A DNA stretch of 64,000 bases from Verrucomicrobia bacterium UBA3624 (lineage in GTDB: Bacteria; Verrucomicrobiota; Kiritimatiellia; RFP12; UBA1067): the NCBI GenBank assembly GCA_002373695.1, contig DFLH01000001.1:114-64113 (forward strand). Direction: 5' to 3'. Under the pieces are notes generated by a model. It was not told the DNA's origin, made no database searches, and was given only the letters and a program-made list of their open reading frames with translations. A program made the translations under genes and the position numbers. This document shows, piece by piece, positions 57,846 through 64,000 of this stretch. The stretch's first letter is position 1. Each line of letters starts with the position of its first letter.

Positions 57846-57885
57846 GGTAGGGACGGCACCCTGTGCCGTCCGCGGCGGTCGTGGG
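57846..57885. repeat. GC-rich palindromic intergenic element (REP-like family member)
   Basis: GGTAGGGACGGCACcctGTGCCGTCCGCGGCGGTCGTGGGCC contains a 9-bp stem GGACGGCAC/GTGCCGTCC plus the shared words GGTAGGG and GCGGCGGTCG. Confidence 0.65.
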
Positions 57886-57947
57886 CCGGGTTTTACAATG
57901 AACCAGATGTTTTTTTCTGGCGTTTAACGGTAAAAGGACAACACGCG

Positions 57948-58673
57948 ATGGTAGCATTGAAAGCGACAGATCTGGCGCATGCATATGGAAAAGGAGCGAT
58001 GCGTCAGAAGGTTCTTGAGAATTTCAACCTGACGGTCGAATCTGGTTCGTTCGAAGCCCTCATGGGACCGAGCGGCAGCGGAAAATCCACGTTCCTGCAT
58101 CTCGCGGCCGGTCTTGCCGTGCCAAGCTCCGGCAGGATTGAAATAGGCGGCCATGTGGTGACGGACATGTCCGACGCCGCCGCGGCGAAATTCCGCCGTC
58201 GTCATGTCGGCGTGGTGTTCCAGGATTTCAACCTGGTCGATTCTCTCACGGTCGCCGAGAACGTCATGCTCCCTGTAAGGCTGGATCATGGCCGGCCTGA
58301 CCGAAACCGTTTGCGGGAACTTCTTTCAAGGCTCGGTCTCGAAGGGAAGGATACCCGGCGCCCTGCGGAGCTTTCCGGCGGCGAACGCCAGCGCGTTGCC
58401 GTGGCGCGCGCGTTGTTTGCCGGGCCGGATGTCATTCTGGCCGACGAGCCTACCGGCAATCTCGATGTTGCCGCATCGCGCGATCTGTGTTCGCTTTTGA
58501 AGAGTCTCAATGGCGTGGAGAAGACGGCAGTTCTTCTTGTGACGCACGATCCGGTGGTCGCCGCATCGGCATCGAAGGTCCATTTTCTCAAGGATGGCCA
58601 TATCGTCGCCGCATGCGAAACGGAAGGCGACGCCGGGAAGGTTTCAAGAACGTACCTGGATGTGGTGCGGTAG
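57948..58673 (+). CDS. ABC transporter ATP-binding protein (MacB/LolD-type)
   Basis: Walker A GPSGSGKST, Q-loop, signature LSGGERQRVAVARAL and Walker B VILADEPTGNLD. The 57807 start in the ORF track runs through the G12 tract and is rejected. Confidence 0.9.
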   Translation: MVALKATDLAHAYGKGAMRQKVLENFNLTVESGSFEALMGPSGSGKSTFLHLAAGLAVPSSGRIEIGGHVVTDMSDAAAAKFRRRHVGVVFQDFNLVDSLTVAENVMLPVRLDHGRPDRNRLRELLSRLGLEGKDTRRPAELSGGERQRVAVARALFAGPDVILADEPTGNLDVAASRDLCSLLKSLNGVEKTAVLLVTHDPVVAASASKVHFLKDGHIVAACETEGDAGKVSRTYLDVVR

Positions 58674-58686
58674 CGGGGGTGAGGCC

Positions 58687-60966
58687 ATGCTTCTTGGAGA
58701 TTTGATCTTGCGCGGCGGCAAGACCCGCTTCACATGCGCGGCGGCGGGAGTGGCGATCGCCGCAGGCGCGGTGGTATTCATGTTCTCCCTGGCTGCGACG
58801 AACCGCGCGCAGGCGCCATCATTGGCGGCGCGTGCCGCAGCGCCTTGGGCCGCATGGGAATTCGACTCTGACGGGGAGGGGCGGGCCGGCCTCGTCTTGA
58901 AGCTCGTCGGGATGACCGTGGATTTACGGCCTGGCGGGCATGTAATGCAGGGGCCGCCATTGCGCGCGGTCCTGGCCAAGGCGCCGGCGGCGAATCCCTA
59001 CGGGTGCACTAAACTTGCGGAAGGCAGGTGGGTCGACCAGGCATGTCCAGGCTTTGAAATCGTCTGTACCCGCAATTCGCTCGTCCGCTTTGGACATGGC
59101 GATCCGCCGCCGCTGGGGAGCCGCGTCAAGTTCGTAGGACAGCACGGGACGATGACGGGAACCGTCGTGGGTTATCTCGACGATGCGAAGCTGCCACCCG
59201 GCTGGCCTGGTTTTTTTGTCAACGATGCGGCTTTTGCGGCCGTCGCCGGCGAACCGCACGGCACTCTCGCCCTCTATCGCGACGCGACTGCTTCGGGACT
59301 GCTGACCCCCGCAGCACCCTCCGTGGTTCGCGGCTTCCAGAACGACGAACAGCGCCGCATGGACTACGCCCGGCCGCTTCTGCTTGCCGGCGCCGTGCTC
59401 CTGGCGCTGTGCCTTCTGGTCAATTCGCTTTTACTCTCCATCGAGGCCAACAGGCGGACTCTTGCGATTCTGCGTACCGTGGGGCTTACGCGTCTTGGCG
59501 TGGTTCGCATTGTGGCGACGGAATCGCTGGCGGCGACGCTTGCCGGCCTGGCGGTCGGTTGCGGCGCAGGAATCGCCACGCTGGTCGTCTACGTGGCGGC
59601 CGATCCGGTGGCATTCCCCGCAGGGCCTTCCATTTCGGCAGGCATCGTGCCGGCCGTGGCGGCATTGGCGCTTCTCGTGGCCGGCGTCGCCGTTCTGTTC
59701 GCGCTTTGGCCGGCGCTGTCGGTGCGTCCGCTGGAAGAGGTGGAGGCGCGTCCTCGCCGCCGCAGGCGAGGCATGGCGGTCGCGTTCGCTTGCGGCTATG
59801 CCGCATTCGTGGCGGTGGAGGTATGGGGTGCGTCGCTCATGCGCGCGTTCATGCCCTCGCCAGAGTGGCCGGATGCCATAGTGTCGATCCTGCCTGGCGG
59901 CGTCAGTTCGTTCGATGTGGACAAGCTTCGTTCCCTGCCTGGCGTGAAACGCATCTCGGAACTCTATCCGCTTCAATTGAATTTCGAGCCGGAAGAGCCG
60001 ATGGAGATGCCGCAGGGACGCGGCGGCCGCGGAAACCCGCGTCCCTGCCGCAACGCGTTGTTCCTGGCGGCGGAATGGCTGCCGGAGTTCCGCTTCGTCG
60101 AGGGAACCCGCGCCAAATGCGAAGAGGCGCTTCGCACTACGGATGCGTGCGTGATCACCGAAATGATGTCACGCGCAAGAAACCTGCATGTCGGCGACGT
60201 TCTGCGGGTGGCGATGGGCGGTCGCGGGGAGAAGACGGTTGTCGAACTGCCTGTGGCCGGCGTGGTCGATCTCAACTGGCACATGGTGACGAGCCGCGGT
60301 CTTGTCCGGGGCCTGAACAGGATGCCGGTGATGACGGACGGCCCCGTATTCGTTTCGCTGGACACCATCGAGTCGCTGGACGTCCGTCCTTCGGCGATGG
60401 TGCGCATGACGCATCTGTGGGTGGAATACGAACCTGGTTTCCTTGCGGAGAAAGGCGTGTTCCCCGCGGGACGGGCGGTGGAGGAGGCGATCGTCGCGGC
60501 GCTTGGCAATCCGGCGGGCTCTACGGTGCGTCTGCATGCGCGTGACGAGATCGCCGACGGGACGCTTGCGCACGGATCCGACGTCATCGGCCAGGCGGCT
60601 CGCGTTCCGTTCGTTTTCCTGCTCGTGCTGTCGTTCGGTTTCATAGCCATGCTGGTGGCCGATGCGGAGGCGTCCCGCAGGATGTTCGCCATGCTTCGGG
60701 CGGTGGGCGCCACACGTGCGCAGCTGGCGGCGCGTCTTGCGGCCGCGGCGCTGCGCACTGCCGCATGGGGCGTGGCGTTTGGATTGCCTGCCGGCGCGCT
60801 TGCCGGCTGGCTCTTTTCGGTTAAGACGGGTTCCGCGTGGCCGGGCCTGCCGCATTATTTTGTGGTGCCTGCGAGGATACTGGCGGAAGGAACGGCCGGT
60901 GCGCTTGTCTTCGTGCTGCTGGTGGCCGTCCCCACGGCGCTTTCGCTCCTGCCCCGCCGGCACTAG
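58687..60966 (+). CDS. ABC transporter permease with two FtsX-type domains
   Basis: The architecture is duplicated: TM segment, large extracytoplasmic domain, then a 3-TM FtsX cluster. The first cluster includes RRTLAILRTVGLTRLGVVRIV and the second includes RRMFAMLRAVGATRAQLAARL. Confidence 0.8.
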   Translation: MLLGDLILRGGKTRFTCAAAGVAIAAGAVVFMFSLAATNRAQAPSLAARAAAPWAAWEFDSDGEGRAGLVLKLVGMTVDLRPGGHVMQGPPLRAVLAKAPAANPYGCTKLAEGRWVDQACPGFEIVCTRNSLVRFGHGDPPPLGSRVKFVGQHGTMTGTVVGYLDDAKLPPGWPGFFVNDAAFAAVAGEPHGTLALYRDATASGLLTPAAPSVVRGFQNDEQRRMDYARPLLLAGAVLLALCLLVNSLLLSIEANRRTLAILRTVGLTRLGVVRIVATESLAATLAGLAVGCGAGIATLVVYVAADPVAFPAGPSISAGIVPAVAALALLVAGVAVLFALWPALSVRPLEEVEARPRRRRRGMAVAFACGYAAFVAVEVWGASLMRAFMPSPEWPDAIVSILPGGVSSFDVDKLRSLPGVKRISELYPLQLNFEPEEPMEMPQGRGGRGNPRPCRNALFLAAEWLPEFRFVEGTRAKCEEALRTTDACVITEMMSRARNLHVGDVLRVAMGGRGEKTVVELPVAGVVDLNWHMVTSRGLVRGLNRMPVMTDGPVFVSLDTIESLDVRPSAMVRMTHLWVEYEPGFLAEKGVFPAGRAVEEAIVAALGNPAGSTVRLHARDEIADGTLAHGSDVIGQAARVPFVFLLVLSFGFIAMLVADAEASRRMFAMLRAVGATRAQLAARLAAAALRTAAWGVAFGLPAGALAGWLFSVKTGSAWPGLPHYFVVPARILAEGTAGALVFVLLVAVPTALSLLPRRH

Positions 60967-61021
60967 CCACCACCTGCCGATTTTGCTAGAATACCGGCCT
61001 GTCAAGCGGAGAACCGATGAA

Positions 61022-62989
61022 ATGAATCCAGATTTCGACAGGACGCCTGCGTATGCGAACGATGGTCGTGTGGCATTGATCGTCGTTGCCGTTCTAATGT
61101 CCGCCGCCCTTCACATATGGATGATGGTAGGGCTTTCCGATTGCGCCTTTGCGCCGTTGCCCGGCCAGGTGAAGAGCGATCGCCGCTGGACAAGAGACCT
61201 GCCGGTGATGCAGATGCAGAAGATGGCCGGCGATCCGCTCGCGAACGACCTTGCCGCCGAAGGCCGTCCGGCGCCGCCGCCAGATGCTGAAAGGCCCGAA
61301 GAACGCGTGGACCGCCTTTCCGATTCCACGGTGCAGACGGTAATGCCGGACATGCCTGTTCCCGTGGCAGATGCCGCGCCGAAGACGGAACCTGCGCCGG
61401 AACCTGCGGCGGTTGCGGCAGCCGACTGGCAGCCTCGGCAGGAGATCGTCGCCATTGAACCGCCGGCCGTCCCGGAGGCCGAAGAAACCGCCCTGCCCCG
61501 GCTGGTGATCCCCAAGGTGCCGCGGGTGGCGCATGCGGCGGACGTCACGCCGCCTGTCGAGCTGCTGGAATCCGTCGCCGGCGGGAATGGAATAGCCGAT
61601 GCCGTCGCCGCGAAACCGCTCGTGTCCGGTGAAAGCGGCGGAACTGCCGCCATCGCCCGTCTTGCGCCAATGCCGCCTTCCGTGGATTTCGCGGCAGGCG
61701 GAACGGGAGGAACGGGCACGGAGGATCCGTTCGGGTTCGGAGTTTCTTCTCCTGCGCTGGCCGCTCTCGCCGCGATCGAGGCGAAGGCAGATGCGGAAGA
61801 GAAGGATGGCAGAAAAGATTCGCAGGTGAAGAAACACGTGGCGGAGCCTTCGCCGCCAGCTCCGCCGCCAAACGCTCGCGTGGACGAGAAGAAGGTGGCG
61901 AGCGAAAGGGAGGCGGTGCGTACGCTGCGCGACGAACAGACGCCGGCGGGCGAACCCTTCCAGGAGAACGTGCGCGTGGGGCTCGGCGCCTGGATCGATC
62001 CGGAGCGTCCGCAGTTCAAGTACTTCCGCATCAGGATGTCGTCTCGCGCCGAGAAGCCGTTGCCGGTGGTGTCCAAGGACATGGTGTTCCTTTTGGACGC
62101 TTCAGGTTCTATCGCGAACGACCGTCTGAAAGCGTGCCGCAAGGCGGTGTCGGCCGCTCTCAGGGGGCTTAACACCGGCGACAGGTTCAACGTGGTGGCG
62201 TTCCGCGACAAGTTCACCTACGCGTTCCCCGATGCGGCCTGGAAAGAGGTGACTGCGGAGACGCTGGAGAAAGCCGACAAGTGGCTGGGCCGGCTTACCG
62301 CCCATGGCCAGACGGACGTCTTCCGCACCTTGCGCAGCGTGCTGACGCTGCCACGCGATCCGGCGCGCCCGGTAGTGGCTCTTGTGGTGACCGACGGCGA
62401 GGCCACGAGCGGCCTGACGCGCAACGCCGAGATCATCTCGAGGTTTTCATCGCTGAACGACGGCTTGATATCCGTGTTCATGTACGGCGTGAAGCCGACT
62501 GCCAACGCCTACCTCATGGACATGCTTACGCGCTGCAACCGCGGCGGATGGGCGAGGCACGAGGGATTCCGCTGGGCCGCCGCCGAGGGCGTGCCGGCGC
62601 TGGCGAAGAAGTTCGCCAGGCCTGTCCTGGCCGACGTGTCGGTGATCTTCACGGCGTCGTCGCGAGCCGAGACGTATCCGAAGCTTGTGGCAAACCTGTG
62701 CGAAGACGAGCCGATAGAGATATACGGCATATGCCCCGCCGACCAGAAGGAGGTAGTGTTCCAGATGCGCGGGCTGAACGGCGCCAGCGTGTTCGAGAAC
62801 CTTTTCCGCCTTCCATTCGCCTCTGCCGAAAAGCTGGATGAAGGCGTGCGGCGCGAATGGGCCACGCGGCGCCTCTACGCTCTCATCGCCGCATACACCG
62901 CGGAGCCGAAGGAGGAGACATTGCGTGACATGCGGATATTCGCCAAGCACTATCAGATTCAGATTCCGTACGAGAAGGAGATAAAATGA
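61022..62989 (+). CDS. Membrane-anchored, proline-rich (TonB-like linker) von Willebrand factor A domain protein
   Basis: N-terminal TM segment: VALIVVAVLMSAALHIWMMVGL. A Pro/Ala-rich segment follows. The vWA domain has the MIDAS motif VFLLDASGSI and VVTDGEATSG. Confidence 0.75.
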   Translation: MNPDFDRTPAYANDGRVALIVVAVLMSAALHIWMMVGLSDCAFAPLPGQVKSDRRWTRDLPVMQMQKMAGDPLANDLAAEGRPAPPPDAERPEERVDRLSDSTVQTVMPDMPVPVADAAPKTEPAPEPAAVAAADWQPRQEIVAIEPPAVPEAEETALPRLVIPKVPRVAHAADVTPPVELLESVAGGNGIADAVAAKPLVSGESGGTAAIARLAPMPPSVDFAAGGTGGTGTEDPFGFGVSSPALAALAAIEAKADAEEKDGRKDSQVKKHVAEPSPPAPPPNARVDEKKVASEREAVRTLRDEQTPAGEPFQENVRVGLGAWIDPERPQFKYFRIRMSSRAEKPLPVVSKDMVFLLDASGSIANDRLKACRKAVSAALRGLNTGDRFNVVAFRDKFTYAFPDAAWKEVTAETLEKADKWLGRLTAHGQTDVFRTLRSVLTLPRDPARPVVALVVTDGEATSGLTRNAEIISRFSSLNDGLISVFMYGVKPTANAYLMDMLTRCNRGGWARHEGFRWAAAEGVPALAKKFARPVLADVSVIFTASSRAETYPKLVANLCEDEPIEIYGICPADQKEVVFQMRGLNGASVFENLFRLPFASAEKLDEGVRREWATRRLYALIAAYTAEPKEETLRDMRIFAKHYQIQIPYEKEIK

Positions 62990-63690
62990 AGGCGGAAATG
63001 GCGGTGGTTCGCGGCCGGCGGCTGGCGGCATTCGCGTTCGCGGCGCTCTGCGCGTCGGGGCTGCTTGCGCGCGAGCGCAAGGTGGTGATGACGGTGGAAG
63101 GCGGGGATTCCGACGCGGAGGCGGTGGCTTTCCTCAAGAAGAACGCGCTTGGCAATGCGGCGAACGGGCATCCGGTGGCGTATGTGGCGAAACCTGGCGC
63201 CGGGCCGTTGCACATCACCGTGGCGGATACGAACGGCGCGACCGTGTATGAAGGCGGCGACAAGAACGAGGCCGTCGTGGCCATGGTCGACACGTTGACC
63301 AACCTGCCGGTGCCGGGCCAGCTGATCGCGGGCGTGCCGCTGAAGAAGTTCCGCCAGTACCGGAAGCGGCTGGTGATGGGCGTCAAGGCCGAGGGGTATG
63401 CGCTCGCACCGTTCAAGAACGCGCTAAAAAGCAGGAAACCCGAAGAAGTGGCCGAAGCGCAGGCGATCCTGGACTCCATCGAAAAGGCAAAGAAGCGCCT
63501 GGCCGAGGACATCAAGGACGATCTGGAGGCAGGCGACAAGGGAATGGCCCTGCGCGACATCAGATGGTACATAACCACATGGCCGTCGGAACGCGCGGCC
63601 TACGAGGCGGATTTCAAGCGGCTTTCCGCCGATCAGGAGGCGGTCAAGGCCGAACGCGCGTGGTTCGCCGCCCGAAAAAACAGGAAATAG
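62986..63690 (+). CDS. Secreted protein of unknown function
   Basis: There is an ATGA overlap with the vWA gene. Signal peptide: RRLAAFAFAALCASGLLA. I recognise no family. Confidence 0.55.
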   Translation: MKAEMAVVRGRRLAAFAFAALCASGLLARERKVVMTVEGGDSDAEAVAFLKKNALGNAANGHPVAYVAKPGAGPLHITVADTNGATVYEGGDKNEAVVAMVDTLTNLPVPGQLIAGVPLKKFRQYRKRLVMGVKAEGYALAPFKNALKSRKPEEVAEAQAILDSIEKAKKRLAEDIKDDLEAGDKGMALRDIRWYITTWPSERAAYEADFKRLSADQEAVKAERAWFAARKNRK

Positions 63691-63701
63691 CGAGATTGCG
63701 C

Positions 63702-63730
63702 TTGCGGTAGACGCGGAAAAAACCTATAAT
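63702..63730 (+). promoter_or_regulatory. Sigma70-type promoter (TTGCGG-17 bp-TATAAT)
   Basis: TTGCGG at 63702-63707 and TATAAT at 63725-63730. It lies 34 nt upstream of ATG 63765. Confidence 0.45.
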
Positions 63731-63764
63731 TCTACCGTCCAACTTCTACAAGAGGATGCTGAAA

Positions 63765-64000
63765 ATGAAAAAAGTTCTGACGGGATTGTTTGCGGTCATG
63801 GCCTGCGCGGCCGTATATGCCCAGGAAGCAGCGCCGGCGTCGGCGCCGGCTGCGTCTGCGGCGCCAACGGAAAAGGCCCCGTGGCCGGTCTGGCTGGCGT
63901 TCAACTCCACCAGAAACATAGACGTGGTCGGCCTGCGGCTCACGCTCCCCTATGGCGAGTGCGAGAGCGTCACCGGTTTCGACATCGGCTTCTACGGGCG
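63765..64000 (+). CDS. Secreted protein, 5' partial at the window edge
   Basis: My own translation: MKKVLTGLFAVMACAAVYAQEAAPASAPAASAAPTEKAPWPVWLAFNSTRNIDVVGLRLTLPYGECESVTGFDIGFYG. It has a signal peptide and stays open to the end of the window. It is absent from the ORF track because it has no stop. Confidence 0.6.
   Translation, partial: MKKVLTGLFAVMACAAVYAQEAAPASAPAASAAPTEKAPWPVWLAFNSTRNIDVVGLRLTLPYGECESVTGFDIGFYG

Noticed and set aside
57727-63690. A tRNA-Gly-adjacent genomic island.
   Set aside because: No integrase gene is present, I saw no direct repeat of the tRNA 3' end, and there is no GC shift downstream. The ABC/vWA genes have native composition.

Overview
This is a 64-kb, high-GC chromosomal segment. 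Hand counts of single 60-nt lines give about 58-65% GC. 44 of the 45 protein genes I call lie on the + strand, and many are linked by 1-4-nt start/stop overlaps.

Housekeeping content:
- prs-rplY(ctc)-pth-rpsF-ssb-rpsR-rplI
- aroA, a prepilin peptidase, ubiE/menG, a PlsC-like acyltransferase and hisD
- tkt-coaB-hydrolase-maf-rpoN
- leuS, tRNA-Ser(CGA) and tRNA-Gly(CCC)

Accessory and envelope content:
- A glycan-processing locus (329-13776) holds LamG-domain secreted proteins, a clan GH-A glycosidase and two paralogous GH-like proteins.
- A Wza / outer-membrane barrel / O-antigen-ligase-like / Wzc-type tyrosine-kinase polysaccharide export cluster lies at 17947-24909.
- A 1,286-aa thrombospondin-type-3-repeat protein has a C-terminal papain-like module. 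That module and a downstream orphan ORF form an abrupt low-GC cassette.
- A LamG surface protein is driven by a consensus promoter whose spacer is a G9 tract.
- A 2,373-aa orphan giant secreted protein follows rpoN.
- An ABC (FtsX-type) / vWA operon lies at 57948-63690.

The gene repertoire (LamG-rich secretome, prepilin peptidase, rpoN) suggests a PVC-superphylum bacterium such as Kiritimatiellota, Lentisphaerota or Verrucomicrobiota. This is an inference only.

Main second-look items:
1. Four G9-G12 homopolymer tracts lie on the coding strand at secreted or envelope loci. One splits a roughly 1,080-aa surface-protein gene, and one forms the spacer of a perfect -35/-10 promoter. Together they look like contingency loci.
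2. The low-GC C-terminal Cys-His-Asp module plus a signal-peptide ORF resembles an effector/immunity module swap.
3. A family of GC-rich palindromic intergenic elements shares the words GGTAGGG and GCGGCGGTCGCG. In two cases the element contains the upstream gene's TAG stop codon.

All family assignments come from motif recognition by eye. No database search or computation was run.
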